Made by a program: the position numbers and the translations under genes. The notes under the pieces are model-generated. The model saw nothing but the letters and a program-made list of their open reading frames with translations, searched no databases and had not been told where the DNA came from. A stretch of DNA of 64,000 nucleotides from Vicugna vicugna (lineage: Eukaryota). Below, one piece after another: positions 12,161 to 25,464 of the stretch. The DNA lies in the NCBI GenBank assembly GCA_013265495.1, contig MU058844.1:502941-566940 (forward strand), in the 5' to 3' direction. Each line of letters begins with the position of its first letter. Within the stretch, counting starts at the first letter, position 1.

Positions 12161-13319
12161 CCATTTTCCTTTTCTCTAGAGAGAGCTTCTCTTCAAGAAG
12201 ATGATTTCTTGTTTTTAATACAATATTAGGGTTAAAAAAAACCCTTTTATAAAGATATGGTAACTGATATCTAAAATGTCTTATGGTTGGTTAAATTCTC
12301 CTATCTTATTCAGGATGTTAGGGAAAATGGGAAGATGAAAATGCAGCCAGAACCATCCTATTCTACTCTGGTCATTAGGGTGGGAGGCCAGGAGGATGGG
12401 ATTACAGGGATCTTCCTGCTGGGTTACTGTTTTCAGATGGAGCCTTTGAATGATCCAACATACAGTAGAAAATCTCTGCTAGATCTATAGACCAGCAATC
12501 ACTAATTAAAAAAAATCTGTAAAAGTTTATAATCATAAAGGATATGATGCCTACATGTTGTAAATATTTTTAAACAATTCACAACATATAATGTAGATTC
12601 ATTTGTCTAGTTTTGGTTTCTGCCTCAAAACTGAGGTTTTCTTTCAGGACGGGCTGGCCATTTTAAATTGTATTCTGTCTTTTTTGTGCAAACTGTTTCC
12701 ATAAAGTATTATCCACATTTTTTAGTTTTGAGTGTAGAATCTTAGTAGATTTTTCTCTCCTCAAACTTTTAGAGTTTCCTAGCACCCCTAATCAGATACT
12801 TTTAATGATTTATATTACCAACTTTCCTAATATATTCAACTTCATAAAATAACAACTCTTGTTTTGCATTTTATTTTATTAGCTTATGCAATATTGAATT
12901 AAATTGAAAATTATAATAGCAGTGAAAACGAACATAAGTGGGAGTGGGAACAAAGTCAACTGAGTCTTAGAAACCATACTGCTCAGCTGGTGGGAGCAGA
13001 AGCAGACACACAAATGAAGACCCTTCCAGCTGTACCCTTTCAGTATGTTTTAGAGAGTAAATGGAGACCACATCAATCCAATGAGTAAGTTAAGTAAAGA
13101 TGGGTTCAAGTGTTTTCACTGCATGAGCTAAAAATGGAACCCATAATGGCTCAACTGTTGATAGATTTTGGTATCTCTCTAGTAAGATTTTGGTGTAAGT
13201 TAGGAGTACCACCACCATCACTTCAACAACAGATCACAGATGTCAGAGTTAAATCACTCTTCGGAACTACATTATATGTGTAATTGGGTAACATTTTTAT
13301 ATCTAAGCATCTTTCATTT

Positions 13320-13800
13320 TATTCATAATTCAACTTGTTCAACAATCTAACAAATATTTTTTGACTGCCTACTATTGCTGGGTGTTGGAATACAACATAA
13401 ATAAGGTTTGGTTCTTTGCTCTTGCAAAATTTACAGTCTGCTGAGGCAGCCAGGTCAGTAAATGGGCAATTGTCAAGCAGCTGGTTGGCATGAAGGATAA
13501 ATCAAGAGAGTGACATTGAACACCCCATACTGCGAATCTCTGTGCCTTGTGGAGGTCACCAGAGAGCATGCATGGGTTCAGGGTTAACAGACGTCTGTGA
13601 AGCACCTTCTGAGTACCAAGCTCTGTTTTAGACACTGGGGTTGCAAAGATGAATAATTCAGTCCTGTATTCATAATATCCACATAGGTGATTGTAGTAAC
13701 CTGAGTACCCTGTAGTAAGTGCTGGCTTTTGGATCTGTACTGGGTCTTCGGGGAGCGTCAGGCAGAGATGGTGGGGACAGGGAAGCTTCCTACAGGAGGT
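13320..13800 (-). mobile_element. L2 fragments
   Basis: 'caacaatctaacaaatatttt...gactgcctactattgctgggtgttgg'; 'ctctgttttagacactgggg'. Confidence 0.55.
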
Positions 13801-15322
13801 AAAGAAGCTCCTCTAGGTTGTAAGCATTCTGTGAGCAGAGGCCTAACTTTTGCTTGTTGCCTTCTCCACCCTGGGACAATGTTTTGTACTCAATCAGCAT
13901 TTGAATGAGTGAATGAACTGAAGGAAGAATAGGAGTTAACTCTTGGCTCTGTGCTGGGAATACAAAGATGAGACTTGGCCTTTGCCCTCATTGAGGAGAT
14001 TATAATAAAATCTCATTTCTGGCTGGATCCTGATAACATATCAGCAATGTAAATTAAAACCCTGGGCATGCCTTTCTAATGAGTGGTGCTCCACATCGCA
14101 CCAACAAACACCTGTCAATTCTAGGGAGGACAATGGGTGGTTAAGGAAGCAGGAGACTGAGCAAGACCAGCTCCAACCCTGGTAATAAAAAGGCATCATT
14201 CAGACTGGCTTGAATCATAGTTATGCTGGGAAACCATCAATACTCGACCTAAGAGTATGGGTCATACAGCTGGGAGCAGGCTACTGGGCATAGCGAGCAG
14301 TTTCAGCTGAGGAGCCCCCAAGTGCTTTTTCAAATATTGACTACCCTTTCAAAATTTTCCTCTGTACCACCCTAGCCCCTCGCCACAAGGAAAGTGGCCA
14401 GTAGCAATTCTCACAGCAACATCAGATATGATCGAAGCCTGGAGTTGCTGGCTGGTGGTTTGCTCCAGGTGACTAGAAATTTTAAGCTAGCCTCTAGGAA
14501 CTGGTGAGTTTGAATGAGGTCTCTCAGTGTATTACAATTGCTACCGCCCCTGCTCTGATTCCTCAAACTCTCAATTCCTGAACCACCAAAGGCAGCTGAA
14601 GTTGGTCGGCTGGTAGATCAGGGGGCCACCAGGCTAGGCAGGATGCCATGGATATGTAATTTATGTCAATTTAGTGTGGCTAGTGCCACAATCAGCATAA
14701 TAGAAAGTCCTGCAGCTGTGTCAGTTTTCTCCAATATTATGAAAAAACAAGCTGGGGTAGAAGAAGGTACGGGGTTTTGTCTCAGGGCACACAGTCAGTT
14801 AGGGGCTGAAATACTCCATTCTTCTGTAACCAGTGAATCAGATTGTGAATCTGTACAGAAAGAGAAAGGCCAGACCTTCTTCTAAGCAAGACATCTTTAC
14901 ATTTTTGCCATTTCTTCTTAAGAATGCTCTTCTTTTTTTCCTCCCTCAATAACAACTTTTTCCAAGTTCTCATTGCCATGTGTAATCTTGGGAATCCACA
15001 TGTCAGACTCATGTAGAATTACAGTTCTGATATCCACTCGTGTCCCCCACATACCCTCACCCCTGCCCAGCTGGAGGGTCACATTCCAGTTCAGAAATAG
15101 CATCAAAGAGAAGTCACTTCTGGGATAGAGAGCAAGAGTGTAACTAGAAGTCGGGGACCTCCAGGCAATGACTAATGCAGCAGACAGGCTTCTCTTTGTC
15201 CATTGTTAACTGAGGGTGAATAGCTCTCCAGGCCCCTGTTACTACCTCTAGAGGAGGCAGGAGGAGGCAGTGGGCAGAGGAAGTTCCTTTCAGCCTGACT
15301 CTGCCTTGAGTTATTGCCTTTT

Positions 15323-15498
15323 TATTTTCTAACTTTACTGAGATAGAATTGACCAAAACAAAAGTGAGATATGGAAAGCGTTCATTGTGATGATTTGATA
15401 TATGTATACATTGTGAAAGGATTCCTCCCATCTGGTTAATTAACACATCCATCACCAGATATTTATCTTTTTCTGAGGTGAGATGAGAACATTTTAAC
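15323..15498 (-). mobile_element. 5'-truncated L1 (L1MA-type) 3' end with TSD
   Basis: 'actttactgagatagaattgac...tgatttgatatatgtatacattgtgaaaggatt...ttaattaacacatccatcacc'; 12-bp TSD ttattgcctttt at 15311-15322 and 15499-15510. Confidence 0.9.
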
Positions 15499-15789
15499 TT
15501 ATTGCCTTTTGCACTTTCTCCCACGGATGAACAAGTCCAGTCATGAATTTTTAGCAAGCAGAAACCTCTTACAGATCAGAGGTTTTGGCTCCAGCAAGTG
15601 TTCTAAGAAATGTCCCAAAGGCCCAAGTTAGAGGATCTCAGGTCTAGTTCTGATTCAGACACCAGACAGCCATGTGCAACAGTGGGCATATTGACTTCAT
15701 GATCTAGGTTTTGCTTTCCTTGCCTGCAAGATGATGGTGCTGGACCCTTATTAAGTCACTAAATGGAGGTCTGCATTGCTTGAAAGCAT

Positions 15790-16978
15790 GTATTTTGTCT
15801 GTATAGTGGGTTTTTTAAAAACAAAATTTGAATTAGTGTCCATAATTTAACAATTGAGTCTACAACAATAAAACAACCTGACTTAAAAATGGGGAAAGAA
15901 AAGAAAATTAAAAAAATTAAAATGGGCAAAGGACTTGAGTAGACATTTTTCTAAAGAAGACATGCAAATGGCCAATAATTGTATAAAAAGATGCTTGACG
16001 TCACTAATTACTAGAGAATTGAAAAGCAAAACCACAATGATGAGATATTGTTACATTCCCATTAGGTATACCCAAAGAACAGAAAATAACAAGTGTTGAT
16101 GAAGATGTAGAGAAATTGGAGCCCTTGTGTACTGTTGATGGTAATGTAAATTGGTACAGATGCTATAGAAAACAGTATGTTGGTTCCTCAAAAAATTGAA
16201 TATAGAACTACCATGTGATCTAATTCCACTTCTGAGTATATATATACCCAAAAGAATTAAAAGCAGGGTTTTGAAGAGATATTTGTATACTCATATTCAT
16301 TGCAGCATTATTCACACTAGTTAAAAGGTAACCCAAGTTCCCAATGATAGATGAGTCGATAAAAAATGTGATATATAAAAAGACAGAATATTACTCAGCC
16401 TTAAAAAGGAAGAAAATTCTGACACATGGTTCACATGGATGAGCCTGGAGGACATTATGCTAAGTGAAATACATCAGTTGCAAAATGAAAATACTGCATG
16501 ATTCCATATATATGAGATACCTAGAGTAGTTAAATTCATAGAGACAGAAAATAGAATGGTGGTCACCAGGGGTGAGAGAAATAGGGAATGGTAAGTTGTT
16601 TAATGCATACTGAGTTTTAGTTTTGTAAGATGAAAGGAGTTTTTAGACTGTGTGCACAACATAATGTAGTTAACACTACTGAACTATACATTAAAACTGG
16701 TTAAAATGGTAAATTTTATAGATGTATTTTATCATAATTTTAAAAAAAGTTGAGAGATAGCTCATTAAAATATGAAGTCATTTTTTGGTGGGAAAAAAAC
16801 AAGAATAGCAGGACTTTGGGCCTCAGAAACCGGTTGGCAGCAGCCAGCTTGAGCTGAGTATCTGCTCTTCTCTTTAGATGAACCTATTCTTTGCTGTTCT
16901 CCCCAGGCCCCACTTCAGTATATTTTTTCAATTAAGTAACCAGTCTGATCACTATAGACCTTTGAGTTTGCAACCCCT
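15790..16978 (+). mobile_element. MER102-like hAT-Charlie element split by the L1 at 15860-16748
   Basis: Left part 'aaaatttgaattagtgtccataatttaacaattgag'; right part 'cagcttgagctgagtatctgct...tttgagtttgcaacccct'. Confidence 0.65.
15860..16748 (+). mobile_element. L1 (L1MA/L1MB) ORF2 end and 3' UTR
   Basis: 'aaatgggcaaaggacttgagtagacatttttctaaagaagacatgcaaatggccaa', 'gaggacattatgctaagtgaaata', 'aaaatggtaaattttat' and an A-rich tail. Confidence 0.95.
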
Positions 16979-17181
16979 AAATTAAACTATCTCTATGATC
17001 CTTTCCAGCATTGATACCTATGATTTCAGAATCTTAGTCATTATGAACACTCTGGAAGTAAAAAAGGTGAGTGAAGATGTAGGCAGAGGGACACTCAGGT
17101 TACCTTTTTGATGTCTCCTTGCTCAGGTCCCTGGGAAGGTTAAGACCCATGTCCCTAATGGGCAGTAAAAACAACTAGCTG

Positions 17182-17256
17182 GTGACATTGGTTTAGTTGC
17201 ACTCTGACCCCTGGGTAAAGTGACATTGGTTTAGTTGCTCTCTGACCCCTGGGTAA
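17182..17256 (+). repeat. Two-copy tandem duplication, period 38 bp
   Basis: gtgacattggtttagttgc(a/t)ctctgacccctgggtaa at 17182-17218 and 17220-17256, one mismatch. Confidence 0.95.
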
Positions 17257-18819
17257 TTCCAGCCCTGGTTGAGGGTTATGCTCTGAGTCTGAGCCTTTAG
17301 TATTACTCCGGTCATTGTGGCTTGCTGATACCCTGATTCAGGGGACACTATTGTCACCAAGATAGATGAAATTCTTAAATATTACAAAATGAATGCCCAT
17401 AATAGCATGGGAAACTTAGGAGAGAAATGATAAAGACAATTGGAAGCTTTGCTTCTGGAAAAAGATGACTTAAATTTATCTAAAGGAAACAAAGAAAAAA
17501 TTAGATCTATTCCTTAAACAACCCTCTTAGTTTGATACGAGTGTGCTGTGTATGCTACATGTGATATCATACGTCACTCTGCTTTTGATTTTGGGAAACA
17601 ACTTGATTATTGAAGTCTGGGGTAAGGTAATTTTGAAATCCTCCTCTACCCCTTTGTGTAGAGGAGAATGAGATCAGTTCAAATAAGATATCAGATTGCC
17701 CCACTTTGTCAAGACTATCCCTGTCTTGGTACCTCATTCATTCACTCCCTCTTCATTCATCCATTTATTCAACCAATATTTATTTAGCACATACTAGTAG
17801 TGCCAGTCCCTGGCTAATAAGTAAGACAGTTAGGAACTTAGGAAGTGCTGGAAGGCAGACAACTAGAGAGTAGCTTGTCAATGTCTGATAAGTAGTTTCC
17901 TAGAGGATATAATATAGTATCTTTTTTTTCTTCTCAATATGTATTAGACACTTTGGTAGTTAATATGGGGTCAGCTTAGTGGACAAGATGGCATTGGACA
18001 AGAATGATAATATAAGATTTCATAGTTTTTGTTTCTTCTGACTGCAAGGGACATGGGAAGTTGTTATAGAAGTGGTGTTGGTGTCTGGTCTTGGAGGATG
18101 TCTGTATTCTCAGTAGCCAGAGACTGGGAGGAGATTTATTCTAGGCCGAAGGCAAAACATAGCCAGAGGCGGGAAGTATGGAATGGCAAGAATGTTTGTG
18201 GAGGGCAGGACTTTCTGTGAGCTGGTTGAGCTTTATTTCTTCCAGTAATGCTGAAAATTGTACTGAGATATAATTATAGAGAAGGGTCACTCTTAGGGTA
18301 GCCACTCACTGTTACCATTACCTCCACAGTGCCTGGAGACCTGCCTAAGAAGGGGCTGCCTCAGCCTTAAAGAGATTCACCCTGAAACAGTTTTCTGATT
18401 TGTAAAGGTTCGTTAGGATTGGGGTGGGTAGGGGTAGTGTGTGGGATGGCAGAATTGAGACTTCTCCATAGTACTTGCACCAATTCATGGACTGCACTTT
18501 ATATAGACTTGAAGTTAAGTCTTTGGACTATACTAAGCAAATTTGTGAGAAATACTTCACAAATTTGTGAAAAATCACCTTTGCCAAAAGTATCTGATGA
18601 CCTTAACCTAAAGAGACTGTTTTTAAAAAGCTAGGGAGCTTACATTTGGCAGGAATATGAAATGCATTTACTTTAAAAAAAAAAATGAAGTGTGCAGCAT
18701 GCCGTTTTGGGCAGCTCATAGAAGAAAGTTTTGTGACTGCTTTGTGCGCATAGACTTTACATACCTGTACAGTAATAGTAGTGTATGCTACTAGTAGTGG
18801 TGCGCTAGGCACCCTTCTA

Positions 18820-19000
18820 ACTAATCTGTATTTTTGTATTAACTCAGATGACTGTCCTAATAACTTTGTAGACACTTCTATTATCTCTATTTGACAGATG
18901 AAGAATTACCAAGAGGTTGAGTAACTTGCCCAAGATAGTTTGGTAGTAAAAGGTGAAGGTAGGATTTCAGCCCAGGCCTGGCTCCAGATTCTGTGCTGTG
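18820..19000 (-). mobile_element. MIR SINE
   Basis: 'ttatctctatttgacagatgaagaa...gagtaacttgcccaag...ggatttcagcccagg'. Confidence 0.8.
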
Positions 19001-19263
19001 TGTTCTGCCTCTGGGAGTAAATAAAAATCAAACAGACTCCTAGGAAACAGTAATTCTTAGCAATGATATTGGAATTAGTTAGGAAGTGGGTTGTATTGGA
19101 TTTGTATGTTCATCCAGTATTTATTGAGCACTTACTACTTATGCCAGGCACTGTCCAAGTGCCGGGGCATATAGGTGCACAGAGCAGATGGAAGCCCTGC
19201 CCTCAGGATGCTTATGTCCTAGGAGATCCACTCCCTTGTTTCTAAAGACATCGGTTCTCTATT

Positions 19264-19560
19264 TGAGTGCTTCTCCAACTACCTGTGTTAAAGGACTAGT
19301 TTTTTTTTTTTTAATTTCCAGTTTTGTCATGAGCTGGTATTTTAATAAAATACAATAAAAATCAGTTACTAGAAAAACAAAATTTAAAAACCCAGAAGAC
19401 ATATAACTATGCAGCTTGTTTTTTAAGTATTAGACTCAAAGATATAAAATTACTTGTCAATTTTCTATGTTTCTAAGGCTTACTCTCAATTTCTGTGCTT
19501 ATTTTGAATCTCAACAGTTCACTAACTGGCAGTAATCTAAGGCACACACTTGGGTAGCTT
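19264..19560. mobile_element. hAT-Charlie-type MITE remnant
   Basis: 'agtgcttctccaactacctgtgttaaaggactagttt' ... 'cacacttgggtagc' resemble Charlie-family termini. Confidence 0.45.
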
Positions 19561-19649
19561 CCATCTGCTCTGTCTTTGCCAACTATTTAGTTACTGGCCA
19601 TCACACCATGTGATCTGAGAAATAAAGATGAATTGGATTGAAAATACAA

Positions 19650-19969
19650 TAGGCTTTTTTTTCTGCAAAGGGCCAGATAGTAAAGATTTGAGGCTCTGTG
19701 GGCCAGACCATCTCTGTCACAATTACTCAGCTCTGAAAGCAGCCAGAGAGGATACGTAGTGAACAAGTAGGGCTATGTTCCAACAGAACTTTATTTCTAG
19801 TCAATAAAATTCGGATTTTATATACTTTTTTTGTATCACAAAATGTTATTCTTCTTTTAATTTTTTTCAATCATGTTTATAAATGTGAAAAACATTCTTA
19901 GCATGTGGGTCATACAAAAATAGGCCCCAGACTGGATTTAGCCTATAGGTTTTAGTTTTCAGACCCCTG
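19650..19969 (+). mobile_element. MER58B-like hAT-Charlie MITE
   Basis: 'tttttctgcaaagggccagatagtaaa...ctgtcacaattactcagctctg...aaaaacattcttagc...gacccctg'. Confidence 0.85.
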
Positions 19970-20164
19970 CAATAAGCCAATTCTGGACAATAGAAATATC
20001 CTGAAATAGTAGATATCCTTGAATTTGCTGAGAAATAAATGCAAGCTTCCATATTTTTGTATGATTTGTAGTGAATATTAGTGGTAGTATCAATAAACAC
20101 AAAACAAAGCTGAAAAAGCCTAAACTGCTCTTGGTAAATGATAATAAATATCAAGAGAAGATTA

Positions 20165-20279
20165 GAACCCTCTTGAATTGCTGGTGGAAATGTAAAGTGG
20201 TCTAGCCTATTTGGAAAATGGTCTGGCAGGTCCTCAAAAATGTAAGCATAGAGTTACCATATGACTAATAATTTCACTC

Positions 20280-20314
<35 letters not shown>

Positions 20315-20825
20315 AAACTGAATCAAAAACTTATGTACATAAAAAATTTATACATGAATGTTCATAGCAGCATTATTCATAGTAGCCATAAAGTAGAAAT
20401 TACCTAAATGTCCAGATGATGAATAAACAAAAGATAGTATGTCCAAATAATGGAATATTATTTGGCCATAAGAAGGAATGAAGATGAAATGTTGATACAT
20501 ACTACAACATGGATGAACTTTGAAAACATACTAAATGAAAGAAGCCCGGTACAAAACATCACATATTATGTGATTTCATTTATATGAAATGTCCAGAATA
20601 TGGAAATCCATAGAGAAAGTAGATTACTGGTTGTTAGAGGCTGGGAGCAGAGAGAGGGGAATGGAGTATCTTTTTCTAATGATGAAAATGCTCTGGAATT
20701 TGCTAGCAGTGATAGGTGCATAACCCTGTGAATAAACTAAAAAACAGTGAATTGTATACATTAAAAGGATAAAATTTATGTACATGATTTATATCTCAAA
20801 ACACTAAAAAGATGATATTTTTAAA
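20165..20825 (+). mobile_element. L1MB-type 3' end containing a (TG)n expansion
   Basis: 'ttgctggtggaaatgtaaagtggt', 'gaatgttcatagcagcattattcat', 'acaacatggatgaactttgaaaaca', 'aaatgtccagaata'. Confidence 0.9.
20284..20311. repeat. (TG)n microsatellite
   Basis: About 14 GT units seen directly. Confidence 0.95.
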
Positions 20826-21264
20826 AGTTGACAAAATAATCAAATTTTGGCAATAACATTTGACCAGTAAAATTTGACCTTAGTATAAATAATAGCCATA
20901 GCAGGAACTTTGAAAAGATAAAATTTTATTTGGACCAAACATTGATTGATGAATTTTATCTTTGTTGTGAAATACATGTTGATGAAAATTGATTCAGTGA
21001 AAATGACTTCAGCTGAGCAAAATTTAAAATAGAAAAAAACTGAAAATGATTTAACCGATTTCCATAGAAAATTGAGAAATTAAATTGGCTTAATGGCATT
21101 CACTCCCCAAATTATTTCTTAACCAAAATTAATAAATAATGGTACTATTTCAGTTAAAATATTCATATTTAAAATGCAGAGTCAAAACATCCTTGATCAA
21201 AAATGGCAGATAAACACATGTCCTGGGATTCTAATATTGCTCTAATATTTGTTAGTCATTTGTT

Positions 21265-21653
21265 ATACTAGTTTGCTAGGGCTACTGTAACAAAATACCA
21301 TAGACTGGGTGGCTTAAACAACAGAAATTTATTTTCTCCCGTTTATGGAGGCTGGAAGTTCAAGATCAAAGTGTGGCCAGAGTTGATTTCTCCTGAGGCC
21401 TCTCTCTTTGGCTTGCAAATGGCCACCTTGTCCTTGCGTCCCCACATGCATTTCCTCTGCACATCTGTATCCAAATTTTCTCTGCTTATAAGGACACCAG
21501 TCATATTGAATTAGGACCCACCCCAATGGCCTTATTTTAACTTACTGACCTCTTTACAGGCCCTGTCTCTAAATACAGTCACATTCTGAGGTACTGGGGG
21601 TTAGGACTTCAACATATGAATTTGGGAGAGGGGACACAATTGAGCTCATAACA
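21265..21653 (-). mobile_element. MaLR LTR, MLT1B-like
   Basis: 'tagtttgctagggctactgtaacaaaataccatagactgggtggcttaaacaacagaaattt...gtcacattctgaggtactgggggttaggacttcaacatatgaattt...gacacaattgagctcataaca'. Confidence 0.92.
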
Positions 21654-22329
21654 TTTGTTTAGTAACTGCCGGCACAAGCTTTATGACTTGACAGGCTCAA
21701 AGAATGTTAATACTGGAAACCTCAGCTGTTGTCTAGTGTAGTTCTTCCCTTCTCCCTTTCAGAAAGAGGGGTGAATGTAGCCTTACGCAAGCGCTTTTCT
21801 CTGACTTTCAGCTTTCAGTCCTAGGACAGAAGAGGGGTCTGTACTCAAGATGAACACAGTTTCCCTCAGTATTTGTTATCATGAGTGACATTGTGTGCGG
21901 TGACTAAGGGAGTGCTCTTGAGGAATCACGAAAATCTCGTCTGTATAGTTTAGCAATGATGGAGGATTACTTACAGAAATACAACAACACAGACAGCATA
22001 TTTATAATCCCAAAGCTGGACTAACCCAGACATTGTTTTAAAAAGTCCTTGAGGATTAAGTTCACCTTAGAGCAGTATCAAGAGTCTTTAGCTGTCTTCA
22101 AAAGTATCCCAGGTGCCATCTGAGAACAGATGTTTGGGTTCAGAGATGAAAATAGGAGAAGGAAAGCCTCAGAAATCATTAGCACTGGGTTTTCAGAAGC
22201 TCCTTTCTTACCTATAGAAGTCTAGGGGCTTCTTAAGTTGCTAGGGTATTAATTTTTGATGAAATCTTAGAGATTATTTAGGGAATGTCTTAAAAGTGTC
22301 CAAGCCTAGAAGCAAGTGATGAACAGCGT

Positions 22330-22970
22330 TTATTCAGTTCATTCATTCTTATATTCCTCCTCCCATCAAATGTTTATTAGGTATCTACTGTATTGCAGAC
22401 ATGTGCAAGGTGAGGGGCATTTAGTTATGATCACATGGAGACCACAGTTAGGAGACAAACCATTAAAACAAACAATCATCAGGGGAGGGTATAGCTCAGT
22501 AGTAAAGTGTGTGCTTAGCAGCACAAGGTCCTGGGTTCAATCCCCAGCACCTCCATTAAAGAAAAATTAAAATGAATAAACTTAATTATCCACCCCTGAA
22601 GCAACTGTCATACAATAAGATCTGTGATAGAGAAAATTACAGTGGATTGTAGGAGCATACAGGGAGAAGGGCATCCAACTTAGGTAGGGTGGTCAGGAGA
22701 GCTTTCCCCAGAGAAAGTGAGGGCAAAGCTGACACCTGAGAATGAATGGGAGTTGGTCAGGTGAAGAGGGAGAAGAGAAAGGTCCCAGTGGAGGAAATGC
22801 CTTGTATGTGGCCTGCAGGCAGGAGATGTTGATGGGATGAAGACACGTTCACTTTGGCTAAAGTGCAGAATGTAGACGGCGAGAGCATAAAGGCTGGAAG
22901 GGTAGCAGGGTGGGAGTGATAGGTGGGGTGTGGGGATGCGGATCCTAAAGAGCCTTGTGGGATATGGCAG
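22330..22970 (-). mobile_element. L2 fragment hosting the SINE at 22482
   Basis: 'ttcattcatt...aaatgtttattaggtatctactg', 'ggtcaggagagctttccccagagaaagtga'. Confidence 0.7.
22482..22597 (+). mobile_element. Camelid tRNA-derived SINE (vic-1 type)
   Basis: ggggagggtatagctcagtagtaaag...aggtcctgggttcaatccccagcacctcc...aaacttaattatcc. Confidence 0.9.
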
Positions 22971-23074
22971 AAAGAGGAGGGTCTTCTGAGAGCTCCCTTA
23001 TTTACCCATGATCTGCTCCTGTGATTTTGAGGTGTTCTGAGAGGGCTGTATTGTGCCCTAGCCAACATCCAACA

Positions 23075-23300
23075 GCATGAGCTTCAGAGCCAGACTGTCT
23101 GGTTTTGAAGCTTCACTGAGCTGCTTCGTATCATTACCTAATCTCTGTGTTTCAATGCCCTCCCTCATCTGTAAAATGTGGCCAAAATAGTATCCACCTC
23201 ATAGAGCTATTGTGAGAATGGAGTAAGATTATACACATTAACTGCTCTAGAATATGGCCTACCACATAATAAATTCTCACAAAATTGCAGCTATTAGCAA
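23075..23300 (+). mobile_element. MIR SINE
   Basis: 'cagagccagactgtctgg...ctcatctgtaaaatg...cctcatagagctattgtgagaat'. Confidence 0.8.
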
Positions 23301-24097
23301 AATCCTTACTGTGAAGCCCAATCTCACAAAATACTATTGTCCCCTTTGTTCTAGAATGAAATAACATTGTTTGGGCTATTACAGATTTCTTGCCCTTCAT
23401 ACCTTGAGTCCTGGGTTTCAAAGTAATGGTAGGAATTTGTTCTAATTGCTCTATGACACATGCTTGGAATTATGGTCTCTTGAATATTATTATGCCACAA
23501 ATGCTTGGAGCCAAGAGCGTGGAACATTTATGAACAGGTGAGTCATGGAGTGGTATACAAGTCCAGACTGTTATAGGGAACTTCCTGTGGGTCAGTGGCT
23601 GCAGGGGCTGGGGTGGCCACAGGTAGAGTCATCCTCATGGCCATCCATGCACTGCCCAAGAAAGCTTAAGGAAGCCAGGCTATCTTTTCTATCTGGTTAA
23701 TCAAGAGGCAAAGGTATTAAAGGAACCTTGGGATTTGTAGTCTCATAATAGGAAGTTGGGTTAATGATTTCTTTGTTCTCTGTTTTTATTTTCTTTCCTC
23801 GGAAGCTCACAATAATTCCCTGATCTGGTGATTATTGTAGGGGTTGGGCTTGTATCATATTTTCCTAATAATATAAGAACAGTTAATGAATTCACTTAGT
23901 CATTAATTTGACAAGTATTTACTGTAGCTGTATTAAGAATGGACTATAAATATGGTTAGTAGTACATGGTTCTTACCTGTGACAGGGGAGCTTGATGTGT
24001 CTACTAATAATTGAGGCAATATAGTAAATGCTAAAATAGAGTTTTATTTGAGGTGCTACAGGATCACAGAAGGAAAAACCCTAATCTTGTTCAAGGT

Positions 24098-24510
24098 TGT
24101 GATGGTTAATTTTGTGTCAGCTTGGCTGGTCCATGGTGCCCAGATATGTGGTCAAACATTATTCTGGGTGTTTCTGTGAGGATATTTTTTGGATGAGACA
24201 AACATATGAGTCAGTAGATGTTGAGTAATGTAGACTGCTCTCCATTGTGTGGGTGGGCCTCATCCAATCAGTTGAAGGCTTGAATAGACAAAAGACTAAC
24301 TTCCTCCAAGCAAAAGGGAATTCTGTAGCAGGTGGCTTTCATATTTGAATGCAGCATTGACTCTTCCTGAGTCTCTAGCCTGATGGCCTTTGGACTTGAA
24401 CTACAGCATTTGCTCTTCCATGAGTTTCCATCCTACTGTCCCACCTTGCAGATTTTGGGCTAGCCAGCATTCAGAATTGCATGAAGCAATTCCTTAAAAT
24501 AAATCTTTTT

Positions 24511-24548
<38 letters not shown>

Positions 24549-24582
24549 CTATTGGTTCTGTTTCTTTGGAGAACCCTTAATA
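24098..24582 (+). mobile_element. ERVL LTR, MLT2-type
   Basis: 'tgtgatggttaattttgtgtcagcttggctgg...ggtgggcctcatccaatcagttgaagg...cctattggttctgtttctttggagaaccct'. Confidence 0.95.
24512..24546. repeat. (CA)n microsatellite inside MLT2
   Basis: About 17 CA units seen directly. Confidence 0.95.
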
Positions 24583-25464
24583 GTCCAATAGTAATCAGGG
24601 AAAGCTTTAGAGAATAGGTGCTATTTGTGCTGAATCTTAAAGGATAAATCAGAGGCATACATTTAGGGTTGGGTAAGGGCAATCTAGGCAGAGGGAACTG
24701 GAAACACAAAGGCAGGAGGCTCCCAACAGTGTGAGGCTTTGGGAGGCTTGTACAGAGCTCGGTTTTCTTGAACTCAGAATGTTTGAGAGGCAGGAAGGGA
24801 GGAGAGAATGGAGAAGCAGGCAAATAAGGAAGGGCGTGTACATATTATGGCAAAAATGCAGTCACTCAGAGGTTATGGGGAGTGGAGGGGGATGTTTTAA
24901 GAAGTGGAAGTAAGGTAGAACTTAAAAGATGGAATTAAGACAAGAGATGACAAAGGATTGAATAAGGTAGTGGTGGTGATGAAGGAGCAGAAAGATGGAT
25001 TTGAAAGTTATTTGAGAGGTAGCATTTATGGGACTTCATTGATGAGACCCAAGGTGGAGTGATGAAAGAAATGATGGAGTCAAGACACCTAGTTTCTGGC
25101 TCAGGCCTATTGGTTGGGTGGTGGTGCTCTGACTTATATATTACAGACCTTGTAATATGAGTTTAGATTACCCTGGACAACTTCCAAAAGGGTTTAATTA
25201 ACAAAGTGCTAAAAAGGAACTAAACCACCACAGCAAGAATGGCAAGCTGGTGAGCTTCCAGAGAATGAGAAAATTAGAAGATGTCTTCTAGGTGCACAAC
25301 GCTCATCAATTTCACTACAAACTGAACCTGGGTAATTCCCCCACTCAAGGTGGAGTCTGTGAATTCCAAGGGGGCAATATGAGCTTAAAGTAAAGAAATT
25401 TCAATGCCTGCTTCTATATTTCATGTATGCAATTGTCCCCCTTGCCAGTGTAACATGTATGGAT

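Larger units (their letters stand above)
23885..25125 (-). mobile_element. L2 fragment interrupted by the MLT2 LTR
   Basis: L2-like on both sides of the LTR: 'gaggtgctacaggatcacagaagg' and 'aatcagggaaagctttagagaatagg...gagtcaagacacctagtttctggc'. Confidence 0.65.

Noticed and set aside
17182..17256. 37-bp direct repeats suggestive of a CRISPR array
   Set aside because: Only two adjacent copies with no spacer, and the DNA is mammalian.
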